A stretch of 64,000 nt of DNA from Octopus vulgaris. Taxonomy: Eukaryota. The stretch's first letter is position 1; every line of letters starts with the position of its first letter. Location of the stretch: contig OX597815.1 in NCBI GenBank assembly GCA_951406725.2, positions 128,402,001 through 128,466,000 on the forward strand. The letters run 5' to 3'. The notes beneath the pieces were generated by a model. That model did no database searches, was not told the DNA's origin, and was given only the letters and a program-made list of their open reading frames with translations. Positions 51,932-64,000 of this stretch are shown piece by piece. The translations under genes were made by a program, and so were the position numbers.

Positions 51932-52295
51932 TATATAATGCAGCATATAGTAGGTGAAAACTTGCTATGGGGTTCGTGGACAGCAAGAGAAATCTTCAGA
52001 GGAAGAACTGTCAAACGAGTGTTTCAGCTCCATTTGTTCCTGGGCCAAGTTAAGGTAGTGACTCCTAGGTGTCCTCCTGCTGTTATTTAAATGCCACCTG
52101 TGGTGGAGATTGAATTTAGAATTTTTGGGAGATCTTATCATTTGGCCACAATGACCATCTCAAAAACTTGCACTGTTTCCAACTGGGTTTCCCCCACCTC
52201 CTATGTTTAGCAGCTTGCTGTGTGCTCTTTTACAGTTCTAGCTATATATATCACCATTATTTAACATCTGTTTTTCATGCTAGCATGGGATGGAT

Positions 52296-52369
<74 letters not shown>

Positions 52370-53999
52370 CATACACACGCACATACACATATAAATATAG
52401 ATATATATTTTATCCTGTTATTTTTTATTGTTTCAGTCATTGGACAGCAGCCATGCTAGGGCAGTGCCTTCAAGGGTTTTAACCAAATGAATGAACCTTG
52501 ATACTTTTTTTTTTAAGCTTGGTACTTATTCTGTCAGTCTCTTTTGCCAAAGGATGTAAACATACCAACACCAGTCGTCAAGTGGTAAGTGGGGAGAACA
52601 AACATATAATTATATATATGATGGGCTTCTTTCAGTTTCTGTTTACCAAATCCACTTTGGTTAGCCCGAGGCTATACTAGAAGGCACTTGCCCAAAGTGC
52701 CATGTAATGGCGCCATGTGGTTAGGAAATAAACTTCTTACCACACAGTTATGCCTCCATGTGTGTGTGTGTGTGTACATACACACACACATACATGCACG
52801 TACAACAGGTTTCCATTCAGTTTCTGTCTATCAAATCTACTCACATTGGTCAGACTGAGACTACAGTAGAAGTTGAAGATAATCACCTAAGATACATGGC
52901 AGAGAGGATTGAACCTGAAAGCACATGGTTGTGGAGCAAACTTCTGTAACCACAGAGCCAATGCCTTCAATAGAGAAGAGTAAAAAAAAAAAAGGAGCAA
53001 AACTGAAATAAAGAGTTACAAGAATGAAACTATTTTATGTATTTTCCTTGTTTATTTTCCCCTTAATGATCACCAATGAGACGTAGATGAAATAACTGCA
53101 GGACTTTCATCAACAATCCAAGCAAATTAGCAAATATTAAAATAATCCAATCCATTAAGCCCATGTTTGTATAACAGGTGAAGAATGTAAGAAAAAAAAC
53201 GAAGAAAAATGAGAAGATGGAACATAAAAATAAAAGTAAACAGAAAACTCAATTATTTATGGTGGCAGATATGGCTGTGTGGTTAAAACATTAGTCCTGC
53301 AAACCATGTGGTTTCAAGTTCAGTCCCATCCTGCAGTGCCTTGAGTAAATGACTTTTCTTATAGTCCTGGGCCAACCAACGCTGTGTGAATTTGCTAAAT
53401 AGAAACTATCAGAAAGCCCATCATTTATATATACATACCTATACACCTCTCTCTCTCTCTCTCGATATATATATTTGATTGACTAAATCTTTGAAGATGC
53501 TGCCCCAGCATGGCTGCAGTGAAATGACTAAAACAAGCAAAATAATAAAAAGAAGCATCTTATCTTGAAAATTTCCACTTACTGTTCTATTAAATGAAAA
53601 TTTTATTTGAATTCATCATCATTGTTTTGGCATTCACTTTCCCATGCTTACAAAGATCTGAGTTCATGGACAAAGTGTTTTTTATGACAGGATGCTGTTC
53701 CTTTTGCCAACTCTCAAATACTAGGGTTGATGTGATCGATTATTGCCACCTATTGTGCCTATTTTGTTTGAAACAATTGCATTAGCAACATACATTGTTC
53801 TTTAAGCTTCTGCTAGTAACTTACATTGGCTTTTGACTTATCATCATACAGGATCTGTTTTACTTTCTAACCATGTGGTTTTGGGTTCAGTCCCTCAATG
53901 TAGTAACTTAGGTAAGTGTCTTCTACTATAACCCAGGACTGAATTAAAACCTTGTGAGTAGATCCGGTAGAGAGAAACTAAAACAAGCCCATTGTGTAT

Positions 54000-54416
54000 A
54001 TAACTATGATTATATAATATTTATATAATAATATATGCTCCATTTAAAGTGACTAAAACTGAGCACAACATCAATGCTTATAGAGCTCCATATGCACCTA
54101 ATTCACTTCTCTGTAATTTACAGCCTTCGGGTTTGTTTACAAATTTATAAATATATATTCTAGACTAAAATTATCTATACATTGAAATTGGCTGAAATTG
54201 ATGTGTGGGTGAATTGGGTGCATAGGGAGCTATGTAAGCATTGATGTGTTCAATTCCCAGTGATTCAGCCCATTGTTTTCCATTGTTTAGGTTTAGTTGC
54301 TTTAAATGGAGCATATATTATTGTAAATAATATATAATTATAGATATTAAAATGGACCTATGCATGTCACACTTCTCTGTAATTTACAGCCGTTGGGTTT
54401 GTTTACAAATTTATAA
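54000..54416. repeat. Inverted repeat (54000-54345) plus a 46-bp direct repeat (about 54105-54150 and 54370-54416)
   Basis: aataatatatgctccatttaaag / ctttaaatggagcatatattatt and acatcaatgctta / taagcattgatgt. Direct repeat cacttctctgtaatttacagcc...gggtttgtttacaaatttataa. Confidence 0.82.
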
Positions 54417-54467
54417 GTGTGTGTGTGTGTGCATGCATACATGCGTGCGTGTGTGTGTGTGTGTACA

Positions 54468-55112
54468 CAGGATGTTCAGGCTAAATTTGACAATTTTTCT
54501 ATATTTCCTTTGTTCAGGAACAGCTTGATGTATTGGTAAGTAGTCAATGGCATTGGAGAGAATGAAGATTAAAGTTTTAGTTGAGAAAAAAAGTAAACTG
54601 ACAAGGACTGGAAGCCACCTGAAAACTGGAAAAAAGTTACCTGTATTATGATGATTTGTGCTAGGTATCAAAATGCCAACATCATGACTGCTGCTCAAAG
54701 CTATGTGAACTTTGTAAAGGCTGTACGATGAGACATGCACATCATGAAAACCAAGTTCTCCCCAGACTATGATGGTCTTTGGCTGTGTCTGTGTCTGTAG
54801 TAAGGGTGATGTCAGGTTGCCCCACATCTTTGAATAGGGCACAATTCAGATGGCTATATGAAGTTGCTGGAGAATGTCATCAAACCTTAGCTGGAGAGGG
54901 TTGCTGCTGGAAGGCCCTATGTGTGAAGAATGCTGTGAAGAATGCTGGAGGCTGTTGCGGCAGCTGAGGGTGGCTACTTTGTGTAAACTGTTATCTTCTA
55001 GTCATAATCTAGTTGATATTTTTTGATTTTTTTAAATAATTTAATTTTTGGTTGGGATATTGTGCTTTATTTTCCTTTTATGCAAACTGTCAAATTTAGA
55101 TTGAACATCCTG
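54468..55112 (-). mobile_element. Internally deleted Tc1/mariner-superfamily element
   Basis: TIRs caggatgttcaggctaaatttgacaattt / aaactgtcaaatttagattgaacatcctg|TA. Minus-strand remnants PYSKMWG and IVW resemble a transposase C-terminus. Confidence 0.7.
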
Positions 55113-57528
55113 TATGTGTGTTTATGTTTCCTTGTTTTGTCATCATAAGATAGTTATAGAAGAGCATCAATCATACAAATGGAATCTTTTGTTTCCAGTC
55201 TTCCATGAAAATATATCTAATCATAGAAAAATATTAACTTGCTGGGAAACGAGGTTGGTGATACAAAGGGTATCTGACTAGAAAATTTGTCTCAACAAAT
55301 TCTGTCTGACTCATGCAAGTCTAGAAAAGTGGACATTAAAATGATGATAATGATGTTCTTAGCATTAATTCCTTTTACAGACTTATGTAGTCCACTGGGG
55401 TCAGTGTTTACCTTCAGTTGCTATGTTGTTAAACAGGTGAGGAACAAATCTCCAGAATTTGACATCTATCAACCATACATAATTCAGTAGTGATTTTATA
55501 ATGCTACTTAGCTTATAGTTATAAAATTAAACAACTTTACAAAAACTGCAGTGCAAACCAGATGCATAGGGCTAGTTATACACAATTGCTAAGCCAACCA
55601 ATTTAATCTTTTGCTAAAGATACTAACCCTTAAGTTGTGCAGTTAAGAATTTCACTTCCCAACTATGTGGTTTTGTGTTCAGTCCCACTGTGTAGCACCT
55701 TGGGCAAGAGTCTTTTACTATATTCTTAGGTTAACCAAAGCTTTGTGAATGGACTTGGTACATAGCAACAGAATGAAAACCAGCGTATATATACACACAT
55801 GTACTTGTGTGCAGGCCTGTGTGTTTGTGTCTCCTTGTCTTGACATGTAATAGTTGTGAGTCTCACAGTCATACAAATGTTGACCTTAGTTTCCAATCTT
55901 CCATAAAAACATGTCTGGCTATGGTAATATAACATAATGCTTGGAAACAAGAGAAATTGGTGACAGATAGGGTATCTGGACATAGAAATCTCCTTCAGTG
56001 AATTCCATATGATCCACGTAAGAAGAAAAGCAGACATTAAAACAACGATGATGATGATGATGATGACAATAACGTTAACGACAAGGAGGAGGATTGTTTT
56101 TAAAACTGAGAAAACTTAGCTTAATTATTATTACCACCACTACCACCATCCTCCTCCTCCTCCTCATCATCAACATCATCTTTTTATTAAGGATAGTACT
56201 GTGACTACTCACAGGAGAATTTGAGTCAGAACTTAACCAGTTGTATATGTGTTTATCCAAATGTCATTCTGCTTCTTCATTTATGGCTAAGTAAACTGAA
56301 TCATCAGAAGTTAAAGCATTGTTTCCAGGGATACCACAGCACTATACCAAAGTAGCATTCAAACAAACAACTGTGAAATGTTAGATGTGTGTGTACTAAT
56401 GTAAAACTAATAAAAAGGGGGAACAAAGAGAGAAATATAAAACTATATGGCTTCCTGGGGGTTTTCCTGTTATCAAAGGCAACATATCAACAAAACAAAG
56501 CATTGATATTTTTAAACTTATATCACAAACTTTATGCCAACCAAATTCAGCCAATTTAAATACAAAAAAATAAAATGAATAATAATGATGATGATGATAA
56601 CAACAACAAATCAATATTTACAAATATGCATCTGAAAATATCATAAAGTGAAGAACTTCTAACAAAGATTATTTCAGGTGGCAATACAACGAGAGATATA
56701 TTTTTCAATGTATTCTACTTTTAAGATCAGAGATAGAAATGTTACCCTTTATCTGTTATCAGTTACTTGTTTCAGTCATTAGACTGCAGCCACACAAACA
56801 CACACACACAGATACACATACAATGGGCTTCTGTACAATATTTGCCTGATAATTTCACTCATAAGATATTGGTCAACTCAAGATTACATTAAAGACCCTT
56901 ACCCAAGGTGCTACACAAATCGTACATAAATACTTGTAGATCAAAAAAGATGTGTAAAAGCTTGAAACACGTATACTGAGAGATAGCAAATGTTTAAAAG
57001 TTTTAGATTTGATTATATTAATTAAAGTTATTAAATAAAAGTAGAACTGGTGTGATCTTGAATGATAATTGTTTCTCAGATTATGCAGAATAGAAAGTAT
57101 TTTGAATGTCTGGAAATGTTATACCACTGGGTAATATGTATTTGTTCTGAATAATTAGTTTGTTAATAATTATTCTGTTAATGATTATTTCAATGTAAAA
57201 TGATATTAGACATTATAAGCATTAATTACTGATGCTGCTCGTTTCTATATCAATTTGGTGCTAATAGTTTCAAATATTATTTCATGTTGAAAATCTTACA
57301 AGTTAATTCATTCATAACTTGATTCAAGTGTTTATTTTAATTGCCAACATGTGTACAGAGTTGAGGCACCCTGCTATGTAAAACACTGATATATATATAT
57401 ATATATATATACATACATATAATACATAGCATTTCCATATGACATTTAACTCATCCTGCAATACTAGCTAATTGACATGTGGAGATTAAAAAATTATGCT
57501 GTTAAAAGATGTTGTAAACTGGTGTTTA

Positions 57529-58712
57529 CCAGGTTGAGTGAAAGGCTTTTGGGATTTTCACTGATGATTTTTGGCAACTTGTATTTCCATGTTATGTCAT
57601 TTATTTAATACAACTTGTCCAATTGTTGCTGAATTATTTATTCCTTATTTTCATATACAAATTAATTGTTTATTCTTTGTTTTACAGCTTTGATAATGAA
57701 TGGGGGAAAATTGCAATTAGAGCCATTTTACACAACCTGTGGTAAAAAGGACTGGCTGTATAGGCAGCGGCAAAAGAATTAATGATGTGGAAAGCCTAGT
57801 AAGATGACACCAGTCTTGAAGACAAATGAAGGTCAGGGTGACCTTCTGTTGTGGAAGACAAGGCCTTGCTTGAAACGGTTGAATAGCAGCCAAGCACAAG
57901 CACACTGTTAGCAGAACTTGCTCCTTCACAAAGCACTATCACTTGGCACCTCAATAAGCTTCACCTTGTGAACAGATGCTGTTGAGAAGCTCCTCATGAA
58001 CTGACCAGGTTCAACAATGCGTTAACATTTACAAACAACTGCTGGCAAATCCTTGAGATACCCATTTTTGGCATCAAATTGTAGCTGGTGGTGGAAAATG
58101 GATCTATTTTCATGATCCTAATAAAAGAAGACAGTGGCTTTATTCCAGCTAGGCTTCAGAACATGTCAAACAAGGAAGGTTTGAATAGAAGGTCATGTTA
58201 TGTATTTGGTAGAAGTTTGATGGGGTGTTGCACTTTGGGCTAATCCCAGACAGTCATGCTGTGAATGCTAGTCTTTGTACTTAACAATTTCAGTGAATAT
58301 ATGATGTTTTGAAAGACTGTCACTCGGCATTGGTCAATTGAAGACATGCACTCCTACAGCATGACAATGCCCTAACACACACTGCCAATGTGACCAAGCA
58401 TAAACTCGAGGAACTTGAAGGGTTGGAAATGATGCCTCATTTTGCCTACAGTCCAGACCTAGTACCATCATACTACCCCTTTTCCAAACTGTGGCTCATT
58501 TCCTGCATGGACAGAGTTCGACAATATAGATGAGGTTAAAAATAGGTGCAAAACCAGCTTTATACAAGAAGCATGGCATTGAGCCTCAGGCACCATAAGA
58601 GCAACAACCAATAGAGTATGATGGGATATATTTTAATGAATAAATGCTTTAAGTATGTACTTTGCTTGAACTATTAAAACTTGAAATACGAAAAACTTTT
58701 GACTCAACATGG
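57529..58712 (+). mobile_element. Near full-length degenerate mariner transposon
   Basis: TA|ccaggttgagtgaaaggctttt ... aaaaacttttgactcaacatgg|TA TIRs. Transposase motifs SLEDK*RSG*PSVVED, LLQHDNALTHTA and MPHFAYSPDLVPSYY. Confidence 0.88.
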
Positions 58713-59804
58713 TATAATACTTAATATCATTTTAACATATATTTCATTGTTAATTTAAGTCCACAGAGAAACATACTAGGGAGGCAAGTCACTGTTCAAC
58801 ACACATGTATAAATCAAATCAAGAGAAGCATCTAAAGCAGTTATATAGTGAACAACTTCACCTTCTTGGTAGTTATGATTGATGTGATTTTTTTAAAAAA
58901 ACAAGACTCCATGGAATCTGTTATAACTGTTGTGTTCATCTCTCTCTTGATTTTTTTCTATCATTTTGAAAATTTTGAATGATCATTATAAGTATTATCA
59001 TCATTTTGTATCTGCTTTCTATACTTTCTATTCATTGTTTGAATGGATTGTTATGATCCAAGTTAGTTCTTATGGGGAACCACTATCCCCATAGGAGAGT
59101 TTGAGAACCACACCTCATTTGTACATTTTATTTTAGGTTTGGTTTCTACAGTTGGATGCTCTACCTACCATCAACTACTGGAAGTACTGGATATTTTATC
59201 ATGGCACTAGAGAGGTTGTCCTGTCCTCAGCATATGTCAATTTGAATTTTTAAAATTTGATTTTCTCACTAATTCCAGTTTTTAAAAAATTTTTCTAACA
59301 GTAACAAACAAAAACATGATTAAAACAAAAAAGTCAAAATTTAATTTCAATTACATATTTTTAAATTTTGTAATCTTTGCAAATTTAATGGCTAATGGTG
59401 GGTCTGTTTCGATATTTGGGGAACTTCCATGGTTGAAATCTTGGCTATGCCCATGCATTCCCAATTTACATGTGTAGAGCCGCAAGGAAGAATTTACTCG
59501 AACCATTTTTGTAATTAGATATAAACCATTGAAAGACATGGATTTCCAACATGCAACACAAAAAAAGATCTGATGTCGATAGTTCATGTCTTATCACTTC
59601 TGTGCTGAGTCCTTTGGTTAAAATATTAAAACCTCAACTAACTCAGTGCACCTAATCCTAAGTGTTACAGAATTTTATAATTCACTGCAGTAAGTAATGG
59701 TAATACTGGAGAACTGAGAAGTGTTTTGTTGTTGCAATTCTGCATTTAAGTTCTATGGCCTAGGAAAATGCAATGGAAAATTACATGAATGGCTAAAGAG
59801 TAAA

Positions 59805-59904
59805 NNNNNNNNNNNNNNNNNNNNNNNNNNNNNNNNNNNNNNNNNNNNNNNNNNNNNNNNNNNNNNNNNNNNNNNNNNNNNNNNNNNNNNNNNNNNNNNN
59901 NNNN
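59805..59904. other. Assembly gap (100 N)
   Basis: Run of N. Confidence 0.99.
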
Positions 59905-60542
59905 CATTGTTGTTATTTTTCATTTGTCCTGCTCGTTTACGTTCATAGTTGTGCTAATTCTCCTTGGGAACAATTCTTGGTGGTTGAGACCATTGTGGAT
60001 CTATTTTTAGCGCAAGAGCGACCACATAGTGGACACTCTCTTATATTTGTGTATTAATTTTTACTGTACCCCAGGTTTTTATGCGCTAAACCACTTGGTG
60101 TTAAATTGATGTTATTATTAAATTAATATCCAATTTTTTCACCCTTATTTTTGATTTTAATTATACTGCAGTAAATTATTTATGCAGTATCTGTTTCCGG
60201 GAATTTTGTTGCGCTATAACGAGGGCATTCGAATCATAACTGCGAATATAATATACTGAACCACACGTGTGTTTAGCTTTATGATAAAATCTGGCATGCG
60301 GTTCAGTAAATTGTATTCACGACAAATTCTACTGAAGAGCTGCAGATATATTATGTAAGTAACATTGCATAATCCATTAACAGCGAAACAATTGTCCAGA
60401 ATTAATCTACATTGTCGTTATTTTTCATTTGTCCTGCTCGTTTACGTTCATAGTTGTGCTAATTCTCCTTGGGAACAATTCTTGGTGGTTGAGACCATTG
60501 TGGATCTATTGTTAGCGCAAGAGCGACCACATAGTGGACACT
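59905..60542 (+). repeat. About 133-bp direct repeats (59905-60037 and about 60409-60542) enclosing a diverged foldback (about 60165-60360)
   Basis: Near-identical catttgtcctgctcgtttacgttcatagttgtgc...gcgaccacatagtggacact. Inner arms gaatataatatactgaacc / ggttcagtaaattgtattc. Confidence 0.82.
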
Positions 60543-60721
60543 GCCTGTGTCATCCATGTTTTTAACCGTTACTGTCTTCAAAAAAGTTTTTTTTGTTTCA
60601 TGTTCATCTCTGTTGCGTTGCATTCTTTCCTTCTGGGGCTGGCCGATTCAGAGTGGATCTCAGAATTAAACAGGAGTATTTGCAAAGGGAGGCCATCCCT
60701 TCCTCGCAAGCCTGAGTGATA

Positions 60722-60764
60722 CGCTCGAACTAGTTTCGGGATTGTTGTCCCTCGTCAACAGGCG
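60722..60764 (-). ncRNA. Minimal type I hammerhead ribozyme-like motif
   Basis: cgcctg-TTGACGA-ggga(caacaa)tccc-GAAA-ctag-TT-cgagcg. Stem II is 4 bp and perfect, stem III is the palindrome ACTAGT, stem I pairs 5 of 6. Confidence 0.62.
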
Positions 60765-61013
60765 GTAACCACCAGGTAGCGCTGAAAGAGAAGGCTCCTT
60801 TGTAATAGATATAAGTTTTTCTAATGGCGTCTGCCACTGATGTTGCAAGGACACAGATATTGTGTCTAAAGCCAGCTAGAGACGAAGATCTCTTGGGGCT
60901 ATAAAGCTACAGTAACACCCCCTCTCCAATGTGGTTAGCCATGATAAGATGGCTTCTATACTTTACATTATCGAGCAATTACTGTTTCAATCTCAATCTG
61001 AGATTTAATTATG

Positions 61014-61082
<69 letters not shown>

Positions 61083-61088
61083 CATATA

Positions 61089-61122
<34 letters not shown>

Positions 61123-61129
61123 TATTATA

Positions 61130-61360
61130 TTCTTTACTGCCCAGAAGGGGCTAAACATAGAGGGGACAAACAAGGACAGACAAAGGAATTAAGTCGATTA
61201 CATTGACCCCAGTGTGAAACTGGTACTTTATTTATCGACCCCGAAAGGATGAAAGGCAAAGTCGACCTCGGCAGAATTTGAACTCGGAACGTAACGACAG
61301 ACGAAATACGGCTACGCATTTCGCCCGGTGTGCTAACATCTCTGCCAGCTCGCTGCCTTG
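61130..61360 (-). mobile_element. SINE family B, CpG-rich (young) copy
   Basis: ggcagcgagctggcagag head, gagttcaaattc B-box, gtcgactttgcctttcatcctttcggggtcgataaataaagtaccag central domain. Confidence 0.85.
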
Positions 61361-61658
61361 TATACCGCCATATATATATATATATATAAAAGAATATTGT
61401 TGACAATGAGTTCAAAGTTTTGGCCAGCTAAACCAAAAGGTTAGTGATAGGAAAAACTACCAGCTGTAAAATCCAGCCCTAATATCTCCCTATCTAAACC
61501 CATGTTAATATGGAAAAGTAGATATTCAATGAATAAGTGAATGACATACATAGACAGACAGACAGGCAGACTGATATAAAACATTGCATTTACCATTTAT
61601 TTGTATTTCAGTTACCCTGATTGTTTTTTTGTCACTCAAATTTCATTTTTATAATTCT

Positions 61659-61956
61659 TATATAATGCTGTTTATTTCCTATGCTTGTGTGCCAATGCTA
61701 AGAGTACCTGATCTATAATAGTAAACAATGGACTTTTTTTTTTACCTTGAAGCAGTGGATCAGGAATATTTTCAGAAGAAAAGTATATTAGAAAATCCAA
61801 TATGTAGGTTTCTTCGTTTTTATATATTTCCATGTAGCTTACTTCTGAGAAATTCCCGATCCATTACTTAAGGGAGAAAAAATCCATTGTTTGTGAATAT
61901 AGAACAAGATTCTTGACTTTGGCATACGGGCATAGAAATTGAAAACCATTATATAG
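61659..61956. repeat. Old, diverged inverted repeat
   Basis: aaacaatggactttttttttt...gcagtggatcaggaatattttcagaag is mirrored by cttctgagaaattcccgatccattacttaagggagaaaaaatccattgttt. Confidence 0.75.
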
Positions 61957-62001
61957 AGAAGAAAAATAAAATTCAGATCAGAAAAATGCAATGCTGACTG
62001 A

Positions 62002-62043
<42 letters not shown>

Positions 62044-62083
62044 TCATCATTGTTTAACATCCGTTTTCCATGCTAGCAAGGGT

Positions 62084-62121
<38 letters not shown>

Positions 62122-63039
62122 GGTGAATACAATGTTTTATATATTTCTATATGTATTTATGTGTGTCCATGTCTATAAAAACCAACCCAAATGACATGAA
62201 CAAATATCCAATAAGAAATGATTTGATCCATGACATACTGCCCAACCCATGCCAACATGGAAAGCAGAAGTAAAAATAATGTGATGGTATACACACACAT
62301 AAATAAGTGTGTGTGTAAATAAAATAAATATATGTATTTAATGTTTGTTTTTCCATGCTTACATGGATCAAATGGATCTCTTTGGTGCTGATTTTCTATG
62401 AACAAGTGCTCTTCCTGTCACCAACTGCCATTTATTAAGCAAGATAGTATCTCCCTATGGGTGGATATGTTTTTCTCAGAAGATTGAACACAAAAGAACA
62501 TTGCTTGAATAGTGGTGACACTCATTTATAATCATCATGCAATGTGCAGACAAATAGGCACAACCTCCTCACCACATACATACACACGTGCACTTACATA
62601 TCATCATCATCATCTTCATCAGTGTTTAACATCCATTTTTCACGCTGACATGGGTTGGATAGTCTGACATGGGGCTGGCCCACCGGGGAGCTGCCCATAC
62701 TTCAATTGTCTGTTGTGGCACGGTTCATACAGATGGATGCCCTTCCTAATGCCGACCACTTTACAGAGTGTGCTGGGTGCTTTTTACATACCAATGGCTG
62801 GGGTACATTTATGCAGCACCAGTACAAATGCATTTTATGTATGGATGACAGTGATTTTACTTAGTTTGACATATCTTCTCAGGTACTGCAAATCTCCACA
62901 ATCCTTGGTTCCTTACATTTCCTCGGCCTGGTTTCTATGGTTGGATGCGCTTCCTAATGCCAACCAGTCCAAGAATGTAGTGGGTGCCTTTTACGTGTTA
63001 CTGGCCCATTTAAAAGCACCCTTCAATCATTGAGCAATA

Positions 63040-63479
63040 TGTCATGCTTGTGAAGACCTGTTGAACTGAGTGAAATCATTGCCATGGCCGATGCCAGTGC
63101 TGTTTGACTGGCACATAGGATGCATCATTTGAGTGTGGTCGATGTCAGTGCTGCCTGACTGGCACCCATACAAGTGGAATATAAAAAGCATCATTTGAGC
63201 ATGATCGATGCCAGTGCTGCCTGGCTGGCATGTAAAAAGCATCATTCGAGCATGGCCGATGCCAGAGCCACCTGAGTAGCTCCCAAGCTTGTAACATGTT
63301 AAAGCACCTACAATACTCTTGGAGTGTTTGACATTAGGAAGGGCTTCCAGCTGTAGAAACCTTGCCAAATCAGATTGGAGCTTGGTGCAGCTGCCCAGCT
63401 TGCCAATACTCAGTCAAAATGTCTAACCCATGCCAGCATGGAAAGTGGACGTTAACTGACGATGATGATGATGATGATG
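63040..63479 (+). mobile_element. RTE 3' UTR copy with tandem units and (GAT)n tail
   Basis: Starts cttgtgaagacctgttga as in the full element UTR; several ccgatgccagtgc units; tail gatgatgatgatg. Confidence 0.8.
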
Positions 63480-64000
63480 TACATAGTTAAATAAGATTCG
63501 AGTATAGATCTTGTAGAATGCTATGGAAACCTCATCCACAATTATTGGCTATCTGATGTCATCAAAGAGTGGAAATGCTCCTGTTACAGAATATACATCA
63601 GGAATTCCATAGTATCTGTAGAGTTTATATACATGATAGAAAATGCTTAACATGTACTAAAGATGTAAAAATGCATCAAAAAAATAATTGTAGTGATCTT
63701 AAATAAAGAATGTCGTTAATTCCATTTTATATCATATATCTTTTCATTCATGCACATATGTACAGTACAGCAAATTTCTACTAATTGCCAACTTATAAGT
63801 TGATGCTTTGCATTGTGTTTTGCATTGGCCCTGTTGGAGTCATTTCCATACCTAATCATTATATCTTTTTGTAGGGGTTCTGAATGTAAGGGGGGATGCG
63901 AGATGACCGCTAAAAATGGTTGCGAAAAAGTTTTTTGCCACCTCACATAAACCAATCAAGATACAGTGTTTTAAAACAGAAAAATGTCTATAATGAAAAT

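Noticed and set aside
59351-59640. Possible exon or ORF near the gap
   Set aside because: No recognisable protein; gggcatagccaagattt resembles a MITE terminus.
61839-61960. ORF ending at a GTAAGC donor-like site
   Set aside because: The sequence is one arm of the 61659-61956 inverted repeat; no homology.

Overview
This is AT-rich, repeat-saturated animal genomic DNA with one 100-N gap (59805-59904). The repeat complement (RTE-type LINE with (GAT)n tails, three tRNA-headed SINE families, Penelope GIY-YIG fragments, non-autonomous Helitrons, long (TA)n/(CA)n tracts) looks like an octopod cephalopod genome; this is an inference, not a database result. The only host coding sequence I can support is two internal minus-strand exons (7276-7421 and 3401-3582) of a C12orf4/FERRY3 orthologue. 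The flanking exons were not found, so most of the window is intron or upstream DNA. Nearly all ORFs in the supplied track are microsatellite or repeat artefacts. The most interesting non-coding signals are: (i) about a dozen mutually unrelated foldback palindromes, mostly 150-500 bp; (ii) at least six minimal type I hammerhead-ribozyme-like motifs associated with Penelope-type DNA and some of those hairpins, two showing apparent 3-8 core covariation (A3-U8, U3-A8); (iii) a modular set of six Helitron pieces, four sharing one 3' terminator; (iv) a PHD-like finger in the RTE ORF; (v) two perfect ERE palindromes that appear to have arisen by repeat decay. All alignments were done by eye, so repeat boundaries are approximate unless termini are quoted.
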